Program-made: the position numbers and the translations under genes
In this document: in pieces, positions 28,004-37,294 of the stretch
How the letters are laid out: every line of letters starts with the position of its first letter
How positions within the stretch are numbered: position 1 is the stretch's first letter
The notes under the pieces: model-generated
Told to the model about the DNA's origin: nothing
Databases searched by the model: none
What the model saw: only the letters and a program-made list of their open reading frames with translations
Source of the DNA: a virus
Taxonomy: Duplodnaviria > Caudoviricetes
Length of the DNA: 64,000 nucleotides
Direction: 5' to 3' (one strand)
Virus record (IMG/VR): IMGVR_UViG_3300034061_001224
Span: 684-64,683 of that record

Positions 28004-30367
28004 GTGTTAAAAAAGTTAAGTTTCAAATCAGGGATTAACCGTGAAAATACTCGCTACACCACAGAAGGTGGCTACTACGATGGGGATAAAATTCGTTTTC
28101 GTCAGGGAACACCAGAAGTTATTGGGGGTTGGGTAAAATACTCCACTACTTTTTTTCAAGGGGTCTGTCGTTCGTTGTGGAACTGGGTAACCATAAGCAG
28201 GCAAAACTTAATTGCCGTTGGCACCAATTTAAAATACTACATCAATAAGGGGGGTGCTTACTATGACATTACCCCTATTCGCTACGCGACCACATTATCA
28301 GGCCCATTTACCGCTACAACAGGGTTATCTATCATCACAGTACATAATGTTGGTCATGGTTGTGTGACGAACGATTTTGTTACCTTTAACGGAGCATCAT
28401 CTCTAGGTGGTACTATTACTGCTGCTTTGCTTAATCAAGAATATCAAGTAACTGTCGTCGACGAGGATAACTACACGATTAATGTTGATGTAAACGCCAA
28501 TAGTTCAGATACAGGCCACGGTGGTTCAGTACGCGCAGTTTATCAAATCAACACAGGTTCAGATATTCAGATACCTCAAACAGGTTGGGGTGCTGGTCCT
28601 TGGGGTTATGGTACATGGGGTTATGGGATTCCTTCCATCAACAGCATTCGCTTATGGAGCCAGAGTAACTATGGTCAAAATTTAATTTTTGGACCACGCG
28701 GGGGAGCGATGTATTACTTTGATACGTTCTCCAACACCAGTACCGTTAGAGTGACAATTAGTAATGCTACCCCTGCGGTTATTCAATTCCCGCTACAAAC
28801 CCCTTACATCAACGAAGGGACTGCGGTTTATTTAGAAACAACTGGAGATTTACCTTCTCCTTTAGCTACAGGAACCATTTATTACTTACGTAATTTTGAC
28901 AGCACAACTTATACCTGCAACATATCTGCTACGGTTAACGGGGTTTTAATTAACACAACAACTTCAGGTTCAGGTAATCAGTATATTAACCCAAGAGGTA
29001 TTAATATTGCACAGCTAGCGGGAGCAGACGCCGATACACCGATTATTCAGAATTATATTTTCGTGTCAGATATTTACCGGTTTGTGTTTGCTTTCGGTTG
29101 CGATGATTACACTACACAGCTTCAAGTGCTAATCAGTAATGCTGCTCCGGGTGTTGTGTCTTTTCCAGTGTATACGAATTATATCCCAGACGGCACGGTT
29201 ATATTTTTGACAACCACAGGCACACTGCCAGCCCCATTAGATTCTAACGTGCCTTATTATGTTAGAAATTTTGATACAGCTACATGGACATGCAACCTTT
29301 CGTATACCGCAACGGGGGGTTTAATTACAACCACAACAGCAGGAAGTGGTATACACACCGTAAATATCAAAGGTGCTCAAGACCCATTATTAATGCGCTG
29401 GTCAAACCAAGAGGACTACTTAACATGGACACCTTCTGCCACCAACCAAGCGGGTTCTTTACGCCTATCCCACGGATCACAAATCGTAACGGCTATCCAA
29501 ACTCGCCAAGAAATGTTTGTATTAACTGACTCCGCTGGTTATTCAGTGCAGTATCTAGGTGCTCCGTATGTTTGGAATGCACAGTTGATGGTGGATAATA
29601 TTTCTATTGTAGGTCAAAATGCTGTGGCACTTGCGTCAGGTGTCATTTACTGGATGGGGGTAGATAAATTTTATAAATACGATGGCCGTGCTCAAACCTT
29701 ACGTTGCGATTTAAGAGCATACATTTTTAATGATTTTAACAAATTGCAAAGTGCTCAAGTTTACGCTGGTACTAACGAAGGTTTCAATGAAGTCTGGTGG
29801 TTCTACTGTTCTGCAAACAGTACGGTGATTGATAAATATGTAGTTTATAACTACGTAGAAGAAATATGGTATTACGGTACGATGGGTCGCACTGCTTGGT
29901 TGGATAGTGGTATTTTAGATTATCCGATTGCTGCAACTTATAGTAATAATATTGTATATCACGAAAATGGTTTAAATAACTATGAAGGTGGCAGTGCGCT
30001 CCCTATTAACGCTTACATTACGACTTCTGAGTTTGACATTGATGATGGCCATAATTTTGCGTTTATTAGACGAATACTACCTGACTTAACCTTCCGTGGG
30101 TCAACTGCTGATGCACCGACTGCCACCATGTCTGTAATTCCGTTAAACAACTCAGGTTCAGGTTATACTGATCCAGCCTCTGTAGGTGGTGCAGATAATG
30201 CAGCTATCGTAAGAACAGCTACTGTGCCTATTGAAGCCTTTACAGGTCAGGTTTTTATTCGAGTACGCGGTCGTCAGTTTGCATTTAAGATTGAGTCTAA
30301 TCAACTTGATACTGTTTGGCAGCTTGGCAGTCCTAGAATAGATTACCAGTATGATGGGCGCAAATGA
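28004..30367 (+). CDS. tail hub / packaged-DNA stabilisation protein (P22 gp10-like)
   Basis: 787-aa beta-rich protein with RWS.QE, EVWWFY, RTAW.D and RVRGRQ motifs, preceding the ejection proteins. Confidence 0.7.
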   Translation: MLKKLSFKSGINRENTRYTTEGGYYDGDKIRFRQGTPEVIGGWVKYSTTFFQGVCRSLWNWVTISRQNLIAVGTNLKYYINKGGAYYDITPIRYATTLSGPFTATTGLSIITVHNVGHGCVTNDFVTFNGASSLGGTITAALLNQEYQVTVVDEDNYTINVDVNANSSDTGHGGSVRAVYQINTGSDIQIPQTGWGAGPWGYGTWGYGIPSINSIRLWSQSNYGQNLIFGPRGGAMYYFDTFSNTSTVRVTISNATPAVIQFPLQTPYINEGTAVYLETTGDLPSPLATGTIYYLRNFDSTTYTCNISATVNGVLINTTTSGSGNQYINPRGINIAQLAGADADTPIIQNYIFVSDIYRFVFAFGCDDYTTQLQVLISNAAPGVVSFPVYTNYIPDGTVIFLTTTGTLPAPLDSNVPYYVRNFDTATWTCNLSYTATGGLITTTTAGSGIHTVNIKGAQDPLLMRWSNQEDYLTWTPSATNQAGSLRLSHGSQIVTAIQTRQEMFVLTDSAGYSVQYLGAPYVWNAQLMVDNISIVGQNAVALASGVIYWMGVDKFYKYDGRAQTLRCDLRAYIFNDFNKLQSAQVYAGTNEGFNEVWWFYCSANSTVIDKYVVYNYVEEIWYYGTMGRTAWLDSGILDYPIAATYSNNIVYHENGLNNYEGGSALPINAYITTSEFDIDDGHNFAFIRRILPDLTFRGSTADAPTATMSVIPLNNSGSGYTDPASVGGADNAAIVRTATVPIEAFTGQVFIRVRGRQFAFKIESNQLDTVWQLGSPRIDYQYDGRK

Positions 30368-30425
30368 TATGTATACTGATCCTAAAAATAAGTATATACT
30401 AACCCCTATTGTTATAGGAGGTTTT

Positions 30426-31046
30426 ATGGGTAAACTTATAGATAGAACAGGGCAACGTTTTGGCAAATTAGTAGCTATAAAAGAAGTTGGAAGGAACGCA
30501 CATAAAAAGGTAATGTGGGAATGCATTTGTGACTGCGGGAGAATAACAAAAGTTAATTCTGGAGCTCTAGTTACAGGTAATACAAAATCGTGTGGATGCG
30601 AAGAAGGGTATGTAAAACATAGAGGATCGTCTAATGCTTCGTACAATACATGGCGAGCTATGCGTAGACGATGCAATAACCCTAAAGACAAAGATTATTT
30701 TAAATACGGAGCTGTTGGTATAAAAGTTTGTTCTGAATGGGAAGACTATTTAACTTTTGCTAAAGATATGGGTGAACCTGTAGGTAATGAAACTTTGGAT
30801 AGGATAGATCCTAATGGTAATTACGAGCCTTCTAATTGCAGATGGGCAGGTTGCACCATTCAAGCTAGAAATATTAGACTCCCAAAAAGAAGCACAACAG
30901 GAGTTATTGGCGTGCAATTTAAGAATAATAAATGGTATGCCCATATAACTCTTAACCGTAAAAAATATTACTCAAAAGCCTGTTTGACTAAAGAAGATGC
31001 TATTGCGGCACGAAAAGAACTTGAACGTATTCATTGGAACATCTAA
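30426..31046 (+). CDS. free-standing HNH homing endonuclease with AP2-like C-terminus
   Basis: GQRFGKL..CICDCG..AMRRRCNNPKDKDY..TLDRIDPNGNYEPSNCRWA..GVIGV..AIAARKE. AGGAGG RBS before 30426. Confidence 0.88.
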   Translation: MGKLIDRTGQRFGKLVAIKEVGRNAHKKVMWECICDCGRITKVNSGALVTGNTKSCGCEEGYVKHRGSSNASYNTWRAMRRRCNNPKDKDYFKYGAVGIKVCSEWEDYLTFAKDMGEPVGNETLDRIDPNGNYEPSNCRWAGCTIQARNIRLPKRSTTGVIGVQFKNNKWYAHITLNRKKYYSKACLTKEDAIAARKELERIHWNI

Positions 31047-31900
31047 TGGCTAAACGCACATTAAACCCAGTCGCACCTAACTTGCCGCTAGCAACGCGTA
31101 ACTACGAAGCGCTCTATCAAGAGCAATTTAATAACGTACTGCGACTGTATTTTAATCAGCTAGATAATGCTCTCGGTGCCTTGTTATCTAATACTGGAGG
31201 TGCATATCTCCAATTCCCAAATGGTGCTTGGCATCAAGATGGCTACACAACACTCACTGCTAACTTAACAAACGTATCTACTACTCCTATTCAAGTAGCA
31301 TCAACAGATGGGTTCTTATCAGCAGGTGCCCTCATTATTGACTCTGAGCTTATTAAGTACACAGGGAAAACAGCGAATACCTTTACGGGCATTACGCGGG
31401 GAGCATATGGTTCATCTAAAGCATCACATACTGCAGGTGTTTATGTTTCTGAGGCTCAACCTGTTCCGTCTACTACAGTGCCTCTTACTGTAGTTTTTAC
31501 TTCTACGGATGTATCTAACGGTATAGATCTTGACCCTACTGACCTTACTAAAATAGTGGCGGCTGCTTCAGGATATTACAATGTTCAATTTAGTATTCAG
31601 CTATTAACATTTGACTCCGTTATTGATAACGTAACTTTGTGGTTTAGACAGAACGGCGTAGACGTACCTTATAGTGCGGGGATTGTGTCTGTTCCTGCTA
31701 TACATGCAGGGAAACCGGGGGCTACCATCATATCGTGGAATATTGTTTTACCCTTAAATGCTGGGGATTACATACAGTTACTGATGTCTTCTGATTCTGG
31801 AAATACACTAGCGGCGACCTACCCTCCGGGAGTAAGCCCAGTGCACCCTGCGTCACCTTCCATTATCCTAACGGCTACATTCGTCTCAGCTTTATATTAG
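31046..31900 (+). CDS. tail/virion structural protein
   Basis: TAATG-coupled start, LRLYFNQLD motif, beta-rich C-terminus. Confidence 0.65.
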   Translation: MAKRTLNPVAPNLPLATRNYEALYQEQFNNVLRLYFNQLDNALGALLSNTGGAYLQFPNGAWHQDGYTTLTANLTNVSTTPIQVASTDGFLSAGALIIDSELIKYTGKTANTFTGITRGAYGSSKASHTAGVYVSEAQPVPSTTVPLTVVFTSTDVSNGIDLDPTDLTKIVAAASGYYNVQFSIQLLTFDSVIDNVTLWFRQNGVDVPYSAGIVSVPAIHAGKPGATIISWNIVLPLNAGDYIQLLMSSDSGNTLAATYPPGVSPVHPASPSIILTATFVSALY

Positions 31901-31915
31901 TGATATTATTGGGCT

Positions 31916-32350
31916 ATGAATACTATAGCTGAACTAGGTAATACCCCCGCAATCTTGGCAATTGAACAAGCTATGTTAGCTTCATTCGACCAAGAAGCGC
32001 TTAAAGCGCGAACTGACACGCAGCATTACAAAATCAAAGGTGTCTATGCTCGGACGATGTTTGTGCCAGCAGGGATGCTAGTGACAGGGAAGATTCACAA
32101 CTTTGAGAGCATAGGCATCCTTGCTCAAGGCACTATGCGGATTACTAACGGTGAAACAAGTGTATTAGTGTCAGCGCCTTATATTGCTGTAGATAAGCCC
32201 GGCATTAAACGCTTGGGTTATGCAGAAACAGATTGTACGTTTATATCTGTGCATCGCACAGATGCAGAAGAGATTACCGACATCGAAGACGAATTGGTCT
32301 CCGATACTTTTGAAGAATTTGAGACTAAGAGATTAGGGAGACCTGTATGA
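31916..32350 (+). CDS. cupin-like phage protein
   Basis: GVYARTMFVPAG..GKIH..PGIKR..SVH. Confidence 0.6.
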   Translation: MNTIAELGNTPAILAIEQAMLASFDQEALKARTDTQHYKIKGVYARTMFVPAGMLVTGKIHNFESIGILAQGTMRITNGETSVLVSAPYIAVDKPGIKRLGYAETDCTFISVHRTDAEEITDIEDELVSDTFEEFETKRLGRPV

Positions 32351-33870
32351 GTTTTATTGCATCGTTAGCCGCTGTTGGTACTGCTGTTGGGGTGACTGGG
32401 GCTATAGCTGCACCGTTGGCTGGAGCAGGGATATTAGCAGCTGGTGGTGCTGGTTTAGGCGCAGGGATGTCAGCTGCTATGGGTGGAGATCCGGGTGAAG
32501 GTGCGATGATGGGCGCGATTACAGCTCCGCTTATGGCTCCTTTAATGCCTGCTGCAGGCGCGGCTGCCCCTGCTACGCAAGCTGGAACTCAAGTCGCAGC
32601 CAATGTAGGAACACAAACCGCTGCTCAAACGGCTGCTAATGTAGGAACACAAGCTGCTGCTCAAACCGCTGCTCAAACGGCTGCCAATGTAGGAACACAA
32701 ACCGCTGCCAATGTAGGAACACAAGCCATACAGAATGTAGTGCCTCAAACTATAACTAACACAACAAATGCAGCGTTAGCTAAGTTACCTGAAGTCGGTT
32801 GGGGACAGTCATTGGTGGGTAATGCTTTTAATGTTCCCGTAACAGGAACTGCTGCTAATATTGGAGGTACCGCACTACAACAAGGTGTTTATGGTGCAGG
32901 TATTGGTGCATTAGGTTCAGGCTTAACTGGTCAAGACATCGGTAAAGGGGCAGGTATGGGCTTCTTAGGTGGCGCAGTTGGTGGAGCAGGTCAAAGTGCT
33001 TTAGCGTCTCAAGCAGGCACAGCTACAGGTGCACTGGGTACAGCAGCTAAATTTGCCGCAGAAAACCCCAATATTACTTCGGGGCTAATTAGTGTCCCAA
33101 CATCAATGGCTCTAAACTCCATGACTGCACCTGATAATACTATCCCAACACTAGAAATGCCAAAAAGTCGTTATGCCTACAATAAGCAATTTAACTACGG
33201 TTCTCGTTTTGCAGCGGGCGGTATCACTGACTTAGACGGATATATGTCTAATGCGCAGAATATCCCAAATCCACAAGAAGTAGCCGACCCGGAAGGATAC
33301 GGCGGAAGTTCTGTGCAGATGATGGCTGGTGGCGGTATCAGTAAATTGATACCGGGTGGTTCTGATGTAGCTGATGCTTTAGTTGCTGGCTCATTACCGG
33401 GTATGATTGCCGGATGGAACTCTGCTAGTGACTTACCTTTAGTTGGTGGTTTATTTAATAAGCCAGAAGATGTCGCAACACTTACCCCAGACGAAAAGAA
33501 AAGATTAATGGGTATGGCAAATCAACAACCAGCTCAAATCCCGCAACCGCAACAAATGGCTGAAGGTGGTATTGCTGATCTTGGGGGTTACGCTACTGGT
33601 GGTAGGCCTAATTTACTTCACGGTGCTGGCGATGGTGTTAGCGATTCTATACCTGCATCTATTGCAGGAAAGCAGCCTGCACGTCTCGCAGCTGGTGAAT
33701 ATGTAGTACCAAGTCGTATTGTGTCTGAATTAGGTAACGGATCAACCGATGCGGGTGCTCAAAGATTAGATGAGATGGTTAAACGCATTCAAGCAGGTAG
33801 ATCAAAAACTACAGGTAGCAAAAAGCAATTTGCTAATGACACCAAAGCATACAGACATATGCCAGCATGA
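32347..33870 (+). CDS. putative internal virion/ejection protein
   Basis: Gly/Ala-rich with QTAANVGTQ repeats, several A.GGI motifs and GAGDGVSDSIPA..GEYVVP..LGNGST.AGA. Confidence 0.7.
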   Translation: MSFIASLAAVGTAVGVTGAIAAPLAGAGILAAGGAGLGAGMSAAMGGDPGEGAMMGAITAPLMAPLMPAAGAAAPATQAGTQVAANVGTQTAAQTAANVGTQAAAQTAAQTAANVGTQTAANVGTQAIQNVVPQTITNTTNAALAKLPEVGWGQSLVGNAFNVPVTGTAANIGGTALQQGVYGAGIGALGSGLTGQDIGKGAGMGFLGGAVGGAGQSALASQAGTATGALGTAAKFAAENPNITSGLISVPTSMALNSMTAPDNTIPTLEMPKSRYAYNKQFNYGSRFAAGGITDLDGYMSNAQNIPNPQEVADPEGYGGSSVQMMAGGGISKLIPGGSDVADALVAGSLPGMIAGWNSASDLPLVGGLFNKPEDVATLTPDEKKRLMGMANQQPAQIPQPQQMAEGGIADLGGYATGGRPNLLHGAGDGVSDSIPASIAGKQPARLAAGEYVVPSRIVSELGNGSTDAGAQRLDEMVKRIQAGRSKTTGSKKQFANDTKAYRHMPA

Positions 33871-34286
33871 TAAAAGTACAACCTGTGCCGATACAGTATG
33901 TAAACCAAACATGGCCTATGGTGGAGCAGTTTATAGCATCGGCATTAGAAGACGGTGAGTTAGGTGAACCAATGTATAATCTTGACCATGTTAGAGGTTA
34001 TGTGACTTCTGGCGCTTGGTTACTTTTAGTAGCAGTTGATGAAAATAATGATATTCACGGTGCAGGGGCTATATCTTTCGTTAATCATCCTTTGCATCGC
34101 GTGGCCTTTGTTACTGCCGTTGGTGGTAAATTAATATCTAGCAAAGACACAGTAGAACAATTTAAAAATATTGCAAGACAAAACGGGGCCACGGTACTAC
34201 AAGCGTTCGGGCGACCTTCTATAGTTAGATTGTGGCGTCGCTACAACTTTGAATCACGGAACACCTTAGTTGAGGTCCTATTATGA
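33867..34286 (+). CDS. GNAT-like small protein in the ejection module
   Basis: Size, position and GRPSIVRLW motif. The fold is inferred. Confidence 0.5.
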   Translation: MIKVQPVPIQYVNQTWPMVEQFIASALEDGELGEPMYNLDHVRGYVTSGAWLLLVAVDENNDIHGAGAISFVNHPLHRVAFVTAVGGKLISSKDTVEQFKNIARQNGATVLQAFGRPSIVRLWRRYNFESRNTLVEVLL

Positions 34287-37200
34287 TTTTATCTCGTTAT
34301 AAAAAGCTGTTTTTTACTTTCATTATGCCAACCTTCTATGGTGGCGGTGGCGGTGCACCTACTCAAACAACTTCAACAGTAACTCAACAAAGCATTCCAG
34401 ATTGGTTACGTCCTCAAACTGAGGCGATGCTGGGCGAGGCCACTAATCAGATATTCAATACTTCACTTAATCCAAAAACGGGTAAGTACGATATTACTGG
34501 TGTTCAAGGTTATACACCTTTTAGTGCCAACCCTAAAGATTATGTTGCTGGCTTTACTGAACACCAGCAGCAAGCAGGTAACGCTGCCATGGCTATGCAA
34601 ATGCCTGGACAATATGCCCAAGCAACAGCTTTTGCTAACGCAGCGGGTCAAGGCGGTATTCAATCCGCACAGCAAGCATTAAATTACGGCAATGCAGGTT
34701 ATCAAGCAGGTCAATTTGGCCAAACTGTAGGGTTAAATGCTGCTGATACGGCGGCAGCGCAAGCCGCACAAGATCGAGCAATGGCTCAAGGATACGGGCA
34801 GCTGGGGGTTCAATCTGGGCTACAAGCACAGAACATAGGCGCTCGTGCTGCAGGAACCGCTGCTAGAAACGCAGCGGCATTATCTACTGGATTACAAGGG
34901 TATGGTGCTCAATCAGCTGATATAGGCCGAGGGGCTATTAACTACGGTTTAAGTGGGGCACAGGGCGCGCAAAATGCAGCAAATCAGGCAGCAAATGCTT
35001 CATATGATTACGGTGCATTAGGCTCACAGGTCGGTGTACAAGGTGCGAATATTGGTACACAGGCAGCTCAAGATGCAGCGAATAGAGCTAATATAGCCAC
35101 ACAAAGTGCAATACAATCAGGTCAACAAGGCGTTCAATCAGGGTTGCAAGGACAATATATTGGGGCACAAGGTGGGGCACGTTATGGTAGCCAAGGGGCA
35201 TCTTACGGTGCTAACGCTGCTAATCTAGCCAATATAGGTTTGGAATATCAATCAGCCGGTTCCCAACTTGGTGAGGCAGCTTTTGGTTATGCTAACCGAG
35301 GTTTAGGTTACGGAGCACAGGGTGCTGGCTATGGGGAACTAGGTGCTAATTATGGTGCGCAAGCTGCTAGGTTATCTAATGCTGCACAGGCATATGGTGC
35401 TCAAGGGTATCAATCAGGATTAGCAGGGCAAAAATATGGCATGAATGCAGCTAATCAATTAGGCGCACAAGCTGGCGGTATAAGCGCTTTGGCTACTAGT
35501 TTAGCTAACCCAAGTTTAGGCTACGGTCAAAAAGCGTCAGACATAGGCAATATGGCACTTGCCGCTCAGGATTATGGTCGGCAAGTTGGTGGGCAGGCTC
35601 AAAACTATGCGGCACAAGCAGCTAACGCTGGTCAGAATTACGGCAGCGCTATTACGAATGCTGGATCAATTCAGCAATATATGTCGCCCTATCAACAAGC
35701 AGTAACAGATATTGCTAAGCAAAGTGCGTTAAGAGATTTTCAAGTCGGTCAAACTTACCGTCAATCGAATGCAGCTAAATCTGGGGCTTATGGTGGGGCT
35801 AGGCAGGCAATTGAAAATGCTGAGGCACAACGAAATTTAAACACCCAGCTTCAAGGTATTGAGGCACAAGGGCTACAAAACGCGTACGGTCAAGCTGTAG
35901 CTAATATTGGGCAGCAATCACAGTTAAATCTACAGGGTTTATCTGGTGCCCAACAGGGGTTAAATACTGCTCTTCAAGGCGGACAACTAGGCTTATCAGG
36001 CATAGGGCAAGCAATTCAAGGACAGCAAGCTGCATTGCAGGGTGTTGGACAAGCTAACCAAGCATATCAAACTGGCTTACAGGGTGTTAATGCTGGCACT
36101 CAAGCAGCGGGTTTAGGCTTACAAGGTACAGCACAGGGAATGCAAGGTGCACAAGCAGGTATGGCAGGATTAAACCAAGCTGGAAATTTGTATAACCTCG
36201 GTATGCAGGGTGCGCAAGTGGGGATGCAAGGTACTGCACAGGGTTTGCAAGCAACACAAGCTGCTCAACAGGGTGTTCAAAATGCTTTGGCAGGACAACA
36301 GTTGGGTATTTCAGGACTTAATGCAGCAAATCAAACCTATCAAACTGGTATTTCTGGAGCGCAGGCGGGATTACAGGGTGTTAATGCTCAATTAGCAGGT
36401 ACAGCGCAGGGAATGCAGGGGGCTCAGATTGGTTTATCTGCAGCAGATAGAGCTATTGCCGCTGGCCAATTAGCACAACAAGGAGCTCAAACAGGGCTGT
36501 CAGGTAATGCACAAGCACTACAAGGCGCTCAGGTAGGACTGCAAGGTGCTAATCAAGCTATCAATGCAGGTCAATTAGGTCTACAGGGCACTACTGCTGG
36601 ATTACAAGGATTTAATACAGGTCTACAAGGTCAGGGTCAAGGTATACAAGCACTTGCGCAAGCAGTTAATGCCGGTCAATATGGTTTACAAGGGGCTCAA
36701 ACAGGTATCCAAGGTGCTCAAGCTGGTATGCAGGGAGCCGGGGTCGGTTTAACTGGAACAGGACAATCTATCAATGCGGGACAATTAGGTTTACAAGGTG
36801 CGGGTTTAGGTTTACAAGGCACTACCCAAGGTATGCAAGGTGCTGGCTACGGACTGCAAGGTGTACAAGGTTCCCAAGCAGGATACGGTTTAACTAATAC
36901 TGCAGGCACAAACCTAGCTAATATTGGAACCGCTCAACAGGCTGCACAGTTAGGTATTATTAATCAACAAGCTAACATTGGTGCTCAGGAACGACAGTAC
37001 AATCAAGACGTTATTAATGCAGATATTAACAATTTCGCCAACGCACAACAGTATCCGATGCAGCAATTGGGTATGTACAATGCGTTACTTCGTGGTTATG
37101 CAACACCAACATCTGCTACTACTGCATACTCTCCAGCTCCAAGCATGGTGTCTCAGTTAGGCGGCTTAGGTATGACTGGTGCTGCTTTGTATGGTATGAC

Positions 37201-37294
37201 AAAAAAAGAAGGCGGCAAAATTGAAGAACCTAAAAAGTATAAGTCCGGTGGTCTAGTAGATTTAGCAATTGCAAACGCGATGGGAGAAGCATAA
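34283..37294 (+). CDS. Gly/Gln/Ala-rich internal virion (DNA ejection) protein
   Basis: QQYMSPYQQAV..GAYGGARQA motif and long low-complexity G/Q/A repeats. Confidence 0.75.
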   Translation: MILSRYKKLFFTFIMPTFYGGGGGAPTQTTSTVTQQSIPDWLRPQTEAMLGEATNQIFNTSLNPKTGKYDITGVQGYTPFSANPKDYVAGFTEHQQQAGNAAMAMQMPGQYAQATAFANAAGQGGIQSAQQALNYGNAGYQAGQFGQTVGLNAADTAAAQAAQDRAMAQGYGQLGVQSGLQAQNIGARAAGTAARNAAALSTGLQGYGAQSADIGRGAINYGLSGAQGAQNAANQAANASYDYGALGSQVGVQGANIGTQAAQDAANRANIATQSAIQSGQQGVQSGLQGQYIGAQGGARYGSQGASYGANAANLANIGLEYQSAGSQLGEAAFGYANRGLGYGAQGAGYGELGANYGAQAARLSNAAQAYGAQGYQSGLAGQKYGMNAANQLGAQAGGISALATSLANPSLGYGQKASDIGNMALAAQDYGRQVGGQAQNYAAQAANAGQNYGSAITNAGSIQQYMSPYQQAVTDIAKQSALRDFQVGQTYRQSNAAKSGAYGGARQAIENAEAQRNLNTQLQGIEAQGLQNAYGQAVANIGQQSQLNLQGLSGAQQGLNTALQGGQLGLSGIGQAIQGQQAALQGVGQANQAYQTGLQGVNAGTQAAGLGLQGTAQGMQGAQAGMAGLNQAGNLYNLGMQGAQVGMQGTAQGLQATQAAQQGVQNALAGQQLGISGLNAANQTYQTGISGAQAGLQGVNAQLAGTAQGMQGAQIGLSAADRAIAAGQLAQQGAQTGLSGNAQALQGAQVGLQGANQAINAGQLGLQGTTAGLQGFNTGLQGQGQGIQALAQAVNAGQYGLQGAQTGIQGAQAGMQGAGVGLTGTGQSINAGQLGLQGAGLGLQGTTQGMQGAGYGLQGVQGSQAGYGLTNTAGTNLANIGTAQQAAQLGIINQQANIGAQERQYNQDVINADINNFANAQQYPMQQLGMYNALLRGYATPTSATTAYSPAPSMVSQLGGLGMTGAALYGMTKKEGGKIEEPKKYKSGGLVDLAIANAMGEA

